A DNA stretch of 64,000 bases from NCBI RefSeq assembly GCF_009914755.1, contig NC_060926.1; one strand, written 5' to 3'. The notes under the pieces are model-generated. The model saw nothing but the letters and a program-made list of their open reading frames with translations, was not told where the DNA came from and made no database searches. Shown piece after piece: positions 38,301 through 52,400 of the stretch (position 1 is the stretch's first letter; each line of letters starts with the position of its first letter). A program made the position numbers and the translations under genes. Source of the stretch: the human T2T-CHM13v2.0 reference genome, Homo sapiens.

Positions 38301-40281
38301 TATTAGGAGAGAAAGAATTTCATCTAGAAAATGTGGATAATCAAGTAGACAGTATGAGTGAAAATCTTACTGCATTTTTTTTTAGCTATTAGGTTAAAAG
38401 AAAACCCACAACAATAGCACACCCCAGAGGTACAATAGCATTACACATTACTGTCAGGATTGCTGAACTCCATGAAATAACCAGGGGACTACAACAAATG
38501 TTAAGACTGCATTGCTTTCCACTGTTTCTCACATCTACTGGTTGCTAGAGCTGAAACCAAGTTATATATTTCCCTCTGGTAATTTGTAAATTTTGAGAGA
38601 CAATGCTGTGAAAACTAATTTAAATCTAAACAAACATGAAAGCTGAAAAATTTCTATCAAAACCTCTTCCATGTTTCTCTTCTCCTATTTTCAACAAACA
38701 AAGAAAATATTTGTTTGTATATGTTTCCTTGGGGAGGTGGGTGGTGAGGATGTTGGAGGGGGAGAAAGGAGACAAGATTAAAGGCCTGGGGAGAGGGTGA
38801 TGTCTTTGAAATTACTTTCCCCAGGCACATGATGCAAAGCAGCCTCAAATACCCCTTTCATCTTCCAAGGATTCCTTAGTTGCAGTGCATAAAAGAAATT
38901 CCCAAAACAACTCAAATCTAAATTAACCATCAAAGTGAGCTTTAAAGTCACATAACCTGGGCAGAGCTGGTAGCTATGGCCCAGGCCTCACACCCCTTGA
39001 AGGAAGGCACTGGGTTCCCCTACACTTCCAACAACTTGGAAATGCATTTTCCTCATTCATTATGTCTGTGATCCTCAAAATTCAATGCGACCATTAGGGA
39101 CATGATGGCCCATGCACAGAGAGGCTTCTCTAACTTGGTTTAGAGTTGTTTTTCCAGATGTTACTCTGCAGGACATACTGACTGGGAGTCTGTTGGCCTG
39201 GCCTCTACCCACAGTTGCAGAGAGCCCTTAAGAAGAATTGCTCACTATTACTTGGCCACTGGACTATAACTAAATTACAGCTTCTGAATAGTCAAGAGAC
39301 AACACTGCTTATGCAGAGCTGGGGCCTAGAAGATGCTCCTGTATGCTATCCCCTCATCTCCTATGCCCTCATCTCCCAACCAGGCCCCTATTCAGGTTGG
39401 CACTCACTGGTGGAAATCCCACTTGTTACATACAGATTGAAAGCAAGTTCCATTAGATGGCCCTGCTTTGGTCATTACACTTCCACGGACAAAATGAAAT
39501 TCACATCTTAAAGAGTCAATAAAAATAATCCTACCCATACTACTGGGAAGTGCAAAGGGCTGGATCTGCACTGAAAGTGAGATTTAAGAATGAGAAAATG
39601 CAGGAGAGACACTCCAATGGGAAAAACCCATCACATCCCATGACAATGGCAACCAGTCGGTCCCTGCTCCAAAAGGAGAGGACTCTAAGCAGTTCGTCAA
39701 GAGCCCAAGGACGTGGGAGGAGGCCTCTTTTCAGAGGAGTGATGGCTTCCTAAGAACAACAATGGCCCTGTCGCTTTTTCAGCTTCCCATTAATTTTCCA
39801 TAAAGAGCAGTTTTCTTGACGAGCGCTTGTGTCAGGCAGGGCCTGATGCTTCAGAAACCTGTAATTATTCTTGGCTCCCCACCCCCTACAGCCTCTGCAC
39901 CTGTGTCAGTTCAAGGCACCAGCTGGCCATGTCTTGCCTCCTGCCTCTTAAGAGGGGGAGGGGAGGAGCCATCATTGAAAACCCAAACTCACATTACTCG
40001 CCTCTTCTTCCAAAATGCAACAACAAAACAAAAATTTTAAACTCACCAATCTCATTCCTCCCCCCAGTGGATCTTGCCAAAGGAAACAAATAAACATTAA
40101 TTGGCTAGAGAGCCCTCATTCAAACCAAAATTACTGAAAAACACAGTAACAGGGAAAGGTCTGACAAGGCATTATTAATCCTGTTTTACAGCCCGCTCTT
40201 ATGCACCCCCACCCGCTCCTGTTAACTTTGCACACACACTCACACACCCTCCTCAAACTCCCTGGGCCCCTTTACACTCAC

Positions 40282-40299
40282 TGGCCAAGATGGGAACAT
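40282..40299 (-). CDS. KLF7: Coding part of an alternative first exon of KLF7 (MFPSWP), in frame with exon 2
   Basis: Minus strand reads ggcATG TTC CCA TCT TGG CCA|gtgagt: G at -3, consensus intronic donor (GT at 40281-40280), phase 0 like the exon 2 acceptor. I recall a KLF7 isoform starting MFPSWP (not verifiable here). The 5' end of the exon cannot be determined. Confidence 0.78.
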
Positions 40300-40363
40300 G
40301 CCGAACCAGTTACATCATCTCCCCTTCCTCTCCCAAATCACTTGCACAGGCTGACTCGGGCTA

Positions 40364-40400
<37 letters not shown>

Positions 40401-40800
40401 CAAACTCATTTCATTGGCTCCTTCCTGGAACACAGTCATCTCCTTCTCAGTTGGGTTAATTAATATACCCTTCCCCTACCCCCATAAAAAACACACAGAC
40501 ACATACGATTACTTCTTCTACTCCAAAGCACAGCTGCACACGTGTACAACGTTCTCTCTCTCCCTCGCAGCTTGAATTTCCCAAGAATAACAGGTTCAAA
40601 GCCCATTGGGCCCTCGGTGGCAGATGCAATTTAGTGGCTGGTAATCATAGAGGATGCTTTCAAAACGGAGAGCTTTGAGGAACTTCCACTGCGGAATGTT
40701 AAAGACAAGGTGGGGGCGCTAGGAGGAATGTTTCTTCTACTCAGAATGCATAAAATGGCAGCCAAAACCATAATGAAGTCAAGCCCTAAGCTGTTTTTCC
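40300..40800 (-). promoter_or_regulatory. Putative internal promoter / 5' UTR of the MFPSWP exon
   Basis: AGCCAATG CCAAT box (attgg at 40413-40417), YY1-like AAAATGGCAGC (40752-40762), TTAATTAA, A27 tract, minimal uORF at 40318-40310, and no good splice acceptor immediately upstream of the ATG. Confidence 0.45.
40370..40396. repeat. T27 homopolymer (A27 in the KLF7 sense), not attached to a retroelement
   Basis: Directly visible; no Alu or L1 body adjacent. Confidence 0.95.
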
Positions 40801-42429
40801 TGATATGGATTGTTGTACTGTTACTTGAGATACTTGGACTTGATTTCCCACAATGTTTAAGGTGGCTGTGTGGGTGTGCCAAGTGCCACTCACTCCAATT
40901 AAAGAAACAGACTGGCCATTCGCATACTGAGAGGCAGAAGAACAGGGACCCAAGCATTGGCCCTGGAGCCAGACTGCCTGGGTCCAATATCAGGTTACAC
41001 TACTCACTAGCTCAATCCCCCTGGGAGAAGTTAACCCCTCTGTGCCTCAGTTTCCTCACCTGTAAAACGGGGTAATAGCAGTACCTACAACGCAGAAGCA
41101 TTGTGAGAGTTCAATCAATTGACATGCCAAGTACTTGGAAGGGCTGGGCATGCACACTCTGTATGTTGTAGCTATTCAATAACTAGTGTTATTTTTCATT
41201 ACACTTCCAAACAGACATAAAGAAACCTATCGAGGGCATGGAGATGGAAAATAAAAAATACCAAATAAGTTTCCAGGGGAAGTAAACCTGTTGGATATAA
41301 AAGTTTAAGTAAGCAGGGGACTCTGAGTTGGGAAGATCAACCCTGACTAGCTGGGTGACTTTAACTTCAATGGGCTCAGTTTTCTCATCTACCAGCTGAA
41401 CTTCCAGGGGCCCACTAATCTGGAATTCTATGAGGAAGCAAAACAGTAATAGGAGAGTGAAGACTGAACAGTAAGAAAAGCTCATTCAGAACAAGTTCAG
41501 AGGAACTGATAGATAGCTCTGCTGTCATTGAGTGGTTAAAAAAAAAAAGGGTTTGGAGAACCTGGAAGAAAGTGGTCTTTGAACCCTCCTCTGACAGGGA
41601 CCTCAAGGCCTTTATTAAAAGCCCTAAGACACTCAATAATCCATGTTTACAGGATGCTATGAAGGTTTAATTTCCTGCTTCACCATGGATACAAGCCTCA
41701 CAAACATCTAAAACGTAAACTTCACAAGAATGTGACTCTTCAAAGATACCAGACCTGTGCCTGACTTGCAGCCTGCCTCAAGCATTTGTCAAATGAATGA
41801 ATGAATGAATGAGTAATTGAATCAACTCCCAAACAATCAAAGTGAAAGTCAACAGTGATCACAATCCTGGGTAGGAAGAGATTCAAGAGTATCATGAAAG
41901 CCAGAAATTCTTCCTTCTTCACCAAAGGAACATCAGAAGCAGTGTGCATGTGTTTATTACCAACATTTCTGGTAGAACACGTCAGTATTTTCAGATTTAA
42001 CTATAGGTGTTATTTACTTGTCTCTAACGTTTTTCATTTGGAAAAAAAAAAAATTAAATGCTTACTGTCTGGGACAGATCCGGATTTCTAAACAGAGAGG
42101 CCAATTTAGCTTCACGGGGTAGCCCTGAGAGTATGCACCTGTGTTGGAAGTAAAAGCTGTCTCCTTGCCCTGGAGAATGCCCTCTCCCTCTGCCACTTCC
42201 TCTTTTCTCCTCTGGCCTCCAGAAACCACCAGGAAGAGAAGCAATTAGGATGAGTGAACAAAACGCTATTTTCAACTGTCATTTTTTATTGGTGAAAAGA
42301 ACTCTGGCCTGGGAATCAGGTTCAGCGCCTGCCTTTCCCACACCACCCCTTCCCTTTCCAGCAAACTACTGAATCTGAGTAGAGAATTCACTTCCTTCCC
42401 TGAAAAAAATGGATGAACCACACTCTCAA

Positions 42430-42990
42430 AGACTCTTTCTGGCTCAAACTTCTTGCTGATAATCCTTCAGTGGCCTGTTGTCACTCTCAGTTCCTTACCA
42501 CAGCAAACCAGACTCTACATGATCTGACCTTACTCTTTTCTACTCCTCTGCTTCTCCCCTTCAGACAGGACACTTCTCGCACAAATGCCCCCAGTTCATC
42601 CCTCTCTCAGAGCCCTAGTAACTCCGTCCGCATCCCAGAACGCAGACTCCCCAGGTCACTGCACATCTGTTTCCTTTCATCGATTATGTCTTAGCTTCAT
42701 TGTCACCTACTCAGAGAATCCTTCTTTGACCTGCCTAGAGAAACTAGGCCAAACAGCCCATTCATTCTTCATCATACTACCTCATTTTATTTGCTTTTTA
42801 GAACTTACCAAGTCCTGGAAAGGTCTAAATTATTTGCTTGCATGTTTATCGTTTATCTTTCCCTATTAACATGGAAGTTTCAGGAGAACAGGGATTTAGT
42901 GTATGTACCAGTGAATCCCCAGCACCCAGCACAGTACCTGGAAAAGACATCCAAAACATACTAGTTGAATCAATCAGTGAACCAATGAAG
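42430..42990. mobile_element. L2 LINE 3' relic
   Basis: L2-like 3' end gaatccccagcacccagcacagtacctgg...gttgaatcaatca. Other L2 relics at about 12370-12750, 48590-49010 and 63430-63960. Confidence 0.55.
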
Positions 42991-45900
42991 CCACTAATCA
43001 ATCCCGGAATTCCAGGGAACACGTGAGCTGGTGTCTCCAGTCAGAAAATCTATCCTAAAATGCTCACCTTATTAGGTCAAAAGGCTCCCTCATCATTTCT
43101 CCTCAGTGCGAGTTTTTACACTGAGAAGGCACTTGCTGCTTCGTACTCATCAGACAGAAGCCAAATGGAGCCTCTTTTCAAGGTGGAGAGGTCAGTTGTG
43201 GGTGCTTGTGGCTGCCCATTTCAAATAGACACAAAGAGGGCTTTTCTCCTCAGCAGTCCATATTGCATCATGCATTCACTAACATGAACAAAACCCACCC
43301 CTCCCCTCTCCTCACCTGCATAATGACTGCTTATTAACTGGTATCCTGGGTGAACAGATCAAAGAGACAGGCTCAGCCCACTTTATTCCCATTTCTGTCA
43401 CCTAACAGGATGTCCCTGAGAAAGGCAACTCCAGCCACCAGTCTCTGAAGCACTTGAGGGTCACAGGAATTCATTCCCTGACATTAGCAGCCCCACTTCT
43501 ATCAGTCCTTACATGAAAGGTCCTTAAATGAAGAGGTCCATTCAAACCTAGCAGTTGGCGAGGACTCGTGTTTTCTGTAAGCCCCACACACCACTTACAC
43601 AGGTGAGGTCCTTTAAAATTCCTATGTGGGCCCATCCTGGTATCTTTGCCATAAATTCCTAAACACAGAAGCTTTTCCTTCCCTCCCACTCCCTTTAAGA
43701 ATTTTACATGAAAAGGTATCTCTACTGAGAAGTGCTATTTATTTCAGGATCATTATTTCACAGATACAGAACCCTCGAACACTGAACCTGGAAGTGAGCC
43801 AAAATCCAATTAAGAGGGTATGGAGTTTGAACTAGGCAAGAGTGGAGGATGGAAATATGGAATATAAGCAGTACAGGGTTCCTATGAGTGTGAGTGTGTG
43901 TGTGCATTCACATGTGCATAGTGTGCCACTGTTAATGAAGTGTAGATTCTCTTTAATGTATTTTGGATGCCTCTCTCTCTAAATCTTTCGTTGTCCCTAG
44001 AGTCACAAAGATGTTCTTTCTCTTATTCATTATGTCAGGCAATAGGAATCTTTCCCATCCTGGCTGGGGAAAGATGAGGGAGAGGGGAAGAGTTGATGTT
44101 CCATCATGTAAAGAAAAGTAAAATTGTGCTTTGCCCAATTCTGAACCCCATTGCAATGTTGCAGATTTCAAATTAACAATTCAACCCAACATGACAGGGA
44201 AAAAAATCAAGTGCTGAGACCCTGAAGTTTGGATTCCAGTAGCTCTGGCACCTCACTTAACCTTAGGTGGCTTGACTGATACCGAATGACATGCACTTTC
44301 AGGCACACCAGACTCTCATTGAGGAAGAGACATTAATTTGAATCATCACTGCCATCCCCTCTCCCCTTTGTTCCTGTCTGAACCAATTTCCATATAGTTT
44401 CAAAGAAATCATCAGCCCATGCAAAGGAGAAATCCCAGTGGAGCAAGAACTACATTAGCAGCATAAGGGGGAAAATCTAATTTCCAATCCAGTTGCTTTG
44501 TTGTTTCAACCTCCAAGGAAGGTTGCTACATATGCACAACACAAATTAAGTTTTAAAACACCATCATGATTTAAAATTAATAAACACTCTCATGGGAAAA
44601 AGGTGGTCCTTGATACAAATCTTCTCATACAATGAAGGTCAACTCCACCAGAGCTTGTGGGTGGTCTGGGTCTTTGAGGTCTCAATCATCTCAGCCAAAA
44701 AAATATTTAAGAACAGCATATATTCATTGAAACCACTGCATCTGCTACTTATAGTTAATGGTGAGTTCATTCTTAGTCTAAGGCAGTATCCACATTAAGA
44801 ATTCTTAAACTACCTTGTTGACAGATCCCATGGAAATGTATTTTAGTGGTCCAAATTAAGAATTCTTTTTTGGCATGACAAGATATGCCAATACAATTTC
44901 CTAGTGCCCTACTTACTAGAATAAAACTCATGGCAAGACACCAGTGTGACTACATCATTAATTAACCTGAACCACATACCGGAACACTGCTGCTAATAAA
45001 ACTCCTCTATAAAGAAAACATGTTTTCTCTGCTGAGAATCCTGGAATGTAGGCCCCAGCAGAGCTGCTGCCTTAATTAAGGAGATATTTCGATGTTTGTG
45101 TCTGTGTCTGCGATTGCCACGAAATTTGGTCATTTATTTGGCTTGATCTTCAATAACTTGAGTTCTTCCTTGCGTGTGCTTTTTTGGAAAAGAAAATGAA
45201 AATGGCGCCTACACTATCAGGATTTGCTAACAACTATGTGAATGAGAGGATCCTTTTTGCGAAGGTAGGGGATGCTTTATCCTCACTCTTTTGAAAGCAC
45301 GCCCTGAGCTTTCAGCCCACGAGGTACTGAATCAGAGACCTGTAGAAACCATCCATCTTCTCTAGAAAACAGGCTGACAGAAACAGGAGCAAAGCTGTAA
45401 CAGCTCTAACTCCCAGGTGAAACTGGGATTTTTCCAATCCATTCCATATGAAATGACATACATTTCTTTTTTCTTTTACAGAGAATTCTTTTGGGAAAAG
45501 CATCTGAAAATGCTTATCGATACTTATCTGGTAATCTTGTAACCTTGGAGTCCCCCTGTGAGACTGTAATAGGCAGCAAAGATTAAAATCCCCATCCTAT
45601 TTATGGGGAACCTAACTTAGTAAAGAAAACTGAGTTTTTCACTGTTCTGTAACCATACTACCAAAAAGACCAGAAACAGAACGAAAAGTTTCTTGGCCAC
45701 TAACAATTAGGTTTTTTTTTTCTGGTCCAACCCTGAACTTTCCACCAAGGATCTCAAAACATTCTAAAAATCCAACAAACCATTATCTCTTAGTACCTTG
45801 GAAAAACAAGGATTCCTGATGAAGATTTTGGATCTTCTCAAGTTGGAAACCATCAGATCCCAAACTTCATTTCATAAGCTTTTCAACTACATTTCTCTAC

Positions 45901-46085
45901 GTAATCTCTCCTGGTGAGACTGGGGCAAATAGTCTTGGTTTTGACAACACCCTTAATTATGCAATTTCCGAGTTCTCTCTGGTCATTGCAAGTCTTGGTT
46001 GAATTGTTAAAAGCAAATGGGATTTCAGACATTTCAACCTGTCAACATCAAGTGTAGTCATTGAGAGGAAAACAGATAGAATTAG

Positions 46086-46421
<336 letters not shown>

Positions 46422-49400
46422 TGAATTGAGAAAACTTATAAACACAATTTATTGAAGACCTTATTTTGGTTATTTGATTAATACCAAATACATAGAAACT
46501 CAAATTTATATAATTTTTAAAGGGGGGATTTGAACCTGCTATCCAACATTTTAAAAAACATTTTCTAATTTTAATAAATATGAAAATACAAATTGGACTA
46601 AATAAGTCAACATTTTTCTCCCAGTCCTTAGAGACTAATGCATTTTCCAACACCAGTATCATATATCACCCATCCCTTTTGTTCAAAACAGAAAATGCAG
46701 TGAGGAAAAAAAAGCATGTAAGAAATAGAAGCAACAAGAGGAGTAAAAATAGGAGCAATGGAAAACAGATGAACAGTAAGCATCTCATTCTTGTATAAAA
46801 ATCTTGGATGCCAGTAGCTGCTCCCATCAGTAACACACCTCTAACCAAGAGGATCATCAAACTCTGGGAAGCAGATCACCTCAAGGGCACAATTTACACT
46901 TGGCCCTGCTCCCTACATGGAGCCTAAACATTAAAGTAGTTGTGTCTATAATCACCTGTTAGTAACAGACTAAAAAGAAGGGTGGGCCAGTGGGTGAGGA
47001 AGACTATTGTGATTCAGAAATGTATGCTGGTAGAAGACCATCTCTGTTAAAAGCAGGCAATTAAGTATCTCATTGTAAAGGGTACCTGATCCGTCTTGGA
47101 CACCAAATCCTTCAACTTTGAGACTTTTTGTAAGTATGTAAAATAAAAGACAATGTGGAGTCATGGAGAGAACACAGACAAAAGTCAGGATGACTTCTGC
47201 CTGCTCCTTCTACATAATTAGCTCTATGCGTTTCCTCAAGTCATCTCATCTTCAGTCTCTGGTTTCTTTATCAAGAAACCAAAAGTATTAGTATATATAT
47301 AGAGATATATAAAATGGACTATATATATATCCTTCCCAATGGTATGAAAATCCTCCGTGAATATAATAAATTTCTCATGACCAAATCTTGTTTGCTTAGG
47401 GAACCAGGGTATGAGGAAAATGGAATTCCCTACTCTGATCCCTCTGCTTATAGCAGTGCCATGCTCCAGGTATCTCAATTTCAGACTCTCGACTGCAGTT
47501 TCTGCTCAGTCTCCTAGACAAGGTCCCATGATACAAGACCACATACTTGTCCTTAGGGTGCTGCAGTAGGTAGATGCTATTTCTGAGGATGCTTTCCTCT
47601 AAAAGGTAACACATCTTCCCATAAATCTAGGTTAGGAATCAAACTCAAACACATTCAGGGACTAGGAGCATAACATACATTAGTGAAACAGTCAAGGAAT
47701 ATGACAATAATGAGGGGTGGGGACTGTGGTAAACTGGATAGCACATGCCATCTAAAAGGGGAAGTTGGTACATAGCACCAGCTCATCGATATCATGTAGA
47801 AAACAGAGGTCCAGAGTTGGCAAGTGTTTTTAAAGGAAGCCCAAATCTTTTGGGGTTTATGTGGAATCTCTCCAATTGTTTCAATGTTGGCAATGAGTAT
47901 TAAAAAGTCAGAGTGCGTGAGACAAGCAAAGGGCCCACAGCTGCCAGTCTGAGCCTTCTGTTTCAAATGAAAGCAGAGGCAAAAGAAAAAAACAGAGGCA
48001 TATTTGGGCAGTTCTTTCTTCCCTGTGGATCCAAATTATGGTATAACTGTCTCTTAGGGTAGTTATCAGCTGGAGAACCTTAAGCCTCACGTCCCACAGT
48101 TTCCCTAAGAAATCCCTTATTTGAGGAGAGACCCAGCTGAAGGAAATAATGATGAGCTGCACTTTCATTCGGCCCTGCTCAGCTCCTCCTGCCCCGCAGT
48201 ACTCGGCTGGAATCCCTGCTCTCAATAAGAATCTTGTCACAAGAATGAGAAATCTGTAGAGAAGGCACCATGAAATGTCAAGCAGGAAGAGGCAAGAGCT
48301 CTGACAAATCCAATGTGCCTTGAGGTCTGGCACCAAGCTTTAAACTTCTTTTGGGCATAATCAATAGCTGCTCAATAAATACTTCTTCAATGAATTTTTT
48401 AAAAATCTTGATTAGGAGCTACTATTATTTTTCATTGCATGCTCTTCACTGAGGTGACTGGGAGATTGGTAGATTTTGCCCAATAAGATAATGAATGCCT
48501 GGGGAGAAAAAGCTCTGCTAAGATAAACAGGTGACACCTGTTTGAACTCTGATGGCCTTTCAGGGCAGGGTCTGTTATCTTGTACTTCTTTCAAATTAAT
48601 TCAACAGTTATTTACTGAGCTTCCACTTTATATAGGACATTGTGCTGGAGACTTCAAGCGATTCTAGAGCTCAATATCTGCCTACAAGGTGCTCATGGTA
48701 TCACAGGAAGAGAGGGATAGAAATACATGCAATTCAAGATAACACAGCACATGCGACTAAGCACTAGGCTGAATGAAGTGGTATGGCAACACAGAGAAGG
48801 AACCCACTCACTCTCCCTGCAGAGGTCAGTGAAGGCCTTGTGAAGAAGTCACATTTGAAACAGACCTTGGCAAATGAGTGAACTTTTGCCAAGTGGAGAA
48901 AGGGAACAATGACATTCTAAAAAGTGCACACAGTGTGAGCAAGGGTGTAGAGAGGTGAAAGCCCCACTGTGTGTCTGGAAAAGGATGAGCAGTCTAGGGT
49001 TCTGATGAATGGGGTACACATTACGGAGGAGCAAGAAATGCATGCCCTCGGGCCTAAAAAATGTCTTCTATTTTTGGCTGACAATTACATTGGTGGTTTG
49101 CTCTGGGTTAAGCTTTGCCAACGCACTTCTAAAAGGCAGTAGCTGTTTCTCTAGATCTTCAGTGATAACTCAGGGAAAGATTAAAGAGCTCAAAAGATAT
49201 TAGTGAAACCCAGTAGCCGTATTAATGTTGCCCAGTGATATTCCTGAACCTAAATGTCAAAGAAATCATTCAAGGCATTTTCTTTTTCAGACTGATACTC
49301 CCAATTTAGAAAACAACACAACAACAAAAACATAACAAATCAAAATGAGGACAAAACCCAAAAAGATGGAAATAAATACTATCAAAAAAAATCTTAGCTA

Positions 49401-52400
49401 AAATACAATGCCACTGGATTAAGCACAGAATTAAACTCATCTCTGATTTGCCTGGTAGCTGAAGCAAAAAGATCAACAATGAGTTAGGAAATTCTCATCA
49501 TCAAATAAAAGAAACGTCAGTTCCTCAGAGATCAGTTGATCTTCACACGTAAAGTTTAAAGTAAAAGGAGGAGGAGGAGAAGAAAATGAGGAAGAGGAAC
49601 AAAAGAAATGACATGAAAAAAAAAATCCCTCCATTTACCAAAAAAAAAAAAAAGTTAAACTGTTTCTATTTAAAACCCTCAAGTATTTTGTCAGTTGAGG
49701 GAACTGAAGGTTCGGAGTCTGGGTATGTTTTTCTGCTTTGTAGCCTCTCTCTGTTGATGTTTTTCTGGCTTTCTAAGCAAAAAGGAAACCTCACCCATTC
49801 CTGTAGACATGCATTTATGACCACATTCTCCTGGCCAGTAACCCTCAGTGGCTCGTGGAGGCTCTCTCAAGGGTGGCATGTCAGGCAAATGGATTTGGCT
49901 ACGGAGCTACTGCTTCTGTGGCTACTACTCAGATTCAACGCAGGCGCCTTCAGCGAGGGCTCCAGGGCAAGGCTCACTCATTAAGGACAAAATGTGCAGG
50001 CACATTTGACCTTTGGAAATCCAGCCCTGGTCTGAAGCTTCCAGATTCAAAACAAAAGCTTCAGGGCCGGAAAGAGAGTTAGAGGAGGCACACTTCCTAG
50101 CTTGGGGCCCATCCCCCACACATTCCCCCTGTGACTGAGAGGCTCACAAAACCAATAGAGCAGCATTATTAACTCTGCAATATCATAAGAGAGGGCTTCG
50201 CTCTCTGCCTTGGTGGAGAGAGAGAGGCCAGGGGAGGGGCAGGCTGGCTCCAGGGGAAAGCATGCTTCATTAGAGTCTTAACTCAAGGGAGGCAACTGCT
50301 GTGTAAGCGCAACAGATGAACGCAATGTAGAGAGGCTCCCATAAAAACCCTGGCCCTGGTCTAGGAGTCGTCACAGCGGGGGGAAAAAAAAAAAAAAAAG
50401 CATAGCTAGACTGAGCAAAGGCTGGGTGGCAGAGAGCTGTCATTTGGCATAGACTTCCAAAATGCCAGCAAGTGAAAAGTCATGTCAAGGGACTAACCTA
50501 AGGCAGAAGTTTTAAATGTGTCATACAAATGGGATGCTCCTTCATCTGCAGTCACAAATTTTAAAGCATCCACTGTCAATCATTTTTCACTCTGTTTTCT
50601 TGGGTTACCGACAAGTACCCAAATGAACACTTATACATTTTTTCACCAGAACGAAATAATAGCTCTACTTCATGAAAATGACACCACCAACCCTATCCTT
50701 GTGTTCCTTCTGATTTGCCTAGGACTCCCACCCAGCTGGGTCACTGTTTCCCTCTCATAGGTCATATGACCCAAGCCAACTGCCTCTATCACCAACTCCC
50801 ATGATACCCAATGAACACAGGGTGGCTCAGTCTTCCCCTTTCTTTGAAGATCTGTGCTGGTCTTTCGGTCATCCTGCCACTATCCCCAAGCAGCTTCCAT
50901 ATCTGTCATTTCAGGGCAGCAAATCTGCTGACATTAAAAGTAAACCAACTAAGTTTTCAAACACATCTTAGTCCCCAAATCCTTCCTCCAGTCATGCAGA
51001 TCAAGTAAATGTCTTATCTTTATGAAGTTGTGGTTGGCTTCAGCTTCTCCAATTCTGGCGTTTGATTCTAGATAGAAGGTTAAGTACCCCCTGTTGCACA
51101 TCAGACTTGCATCAATTCAATCCATTTGCTGTTAAAGAAGCATCACACTTCCCAGAAAGGTTTTTTTCCCCTTTAGCCACATACCAAGCCAGAATCAGAC
51201 AAATGCAGCCTGAAGTATTTTTAGTTATTATTCACATTTGTCAACAGGGACAGTGACAACTCACCAGTCCGTTCTGGGGCAGAACTTAAGGAATGGAACT
51301 CTCGTATCTATATTGTAAAAACGAATTGCCACCACTGATGACCATAACTACCTGCTGCTTACATGTATACAGACTTTGTTAGGAAATACTGTGCAGTAAC
51401 GTATCATTAAGGCCTTACTGGCAGGCTCAGTCAAAATCTCTTATTTGACATGATTTAATATGTAACATGGAAAGACCCAATAACTTTTCCTATTCTTCAC
51501 TCATTTTTTTCCAATGGAAGAAATACTACAAATACACTAAGAAAGAAGTTGAGAGTTTCTTTTAATGAACCTTTAAACAATAATACATCTATTCAACACT
51601 GGCAATATACCTACTATATAAAGTATGACAACTTTTTTGCTTAGCAAGATGAAAATTACAGGTAGATACATGGATGGGAAGTTATCAAACCCAAAAAGAG
51701 ACTAATCATAAATGAAATACAGGTGTCAGTTGTAAGTGTTCTCAATGTCTGTTCCATTTTAGATTCCTTTTGAGTGGTAACTGTAAACTTTCAGGAAAAG
51801 TTTTTGAGAAGAATATTTTTGGGAAGATGAGTAGAAATATTCCTTGATTATGTCAGATGTGACTGTGAATGTCACTAAGGAGTATTCTTTCCTGGCACCC
51901 TAATCTTTCCCTTATTTCCCAATCACAATTTAAACTTCTGTGCCTATTTATCTTCCAGGTCCACCTCTAGACTTTAAGTTCCACAAGAGCATGGGCAATG
52001 TCAGGTTCACCACTGCATCCTCAGCACCTAGCAGTGTGGGGCACACAGAAGGACCCCAGGAAAGGAAGAAAGAGATAAGGAATGAGGAAAGGAAGGAGAA
52101 GGGTGGAGAAATTAAGTGAATGAACTAAAGAAAGAGAACCAAAAAATCACCAAAGAGAAATAAATTATAGCGATGAAATTGAGCATTCTCTACTTCCTTC
52201 TCAAGAGTTGCAATGGTTTATTATGAACGAGTGTGACCATTCTAATGTCTTCATCCCTTGCTGATGGGTGATGGACCCTGCTCCAGCAAGGGCCAGTCAA
52301 CTGCAGGACTACAAGTAAATAACATTCTGATATAAAGTGACCAACAGGCAAGTGGACAGGTGAATACATAAAGCACAAAGCCCTCTATGCAGCCAGGGTG

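Noticed and set aside
47908-48336. 142-aa ORF and other 120-140-aa ORFs (28677, 40710, 49586, 52398, 61713)
   Set aside because: No recognisable domains or exon structure, and some overlap old repeats; consistent with chance ORFs.
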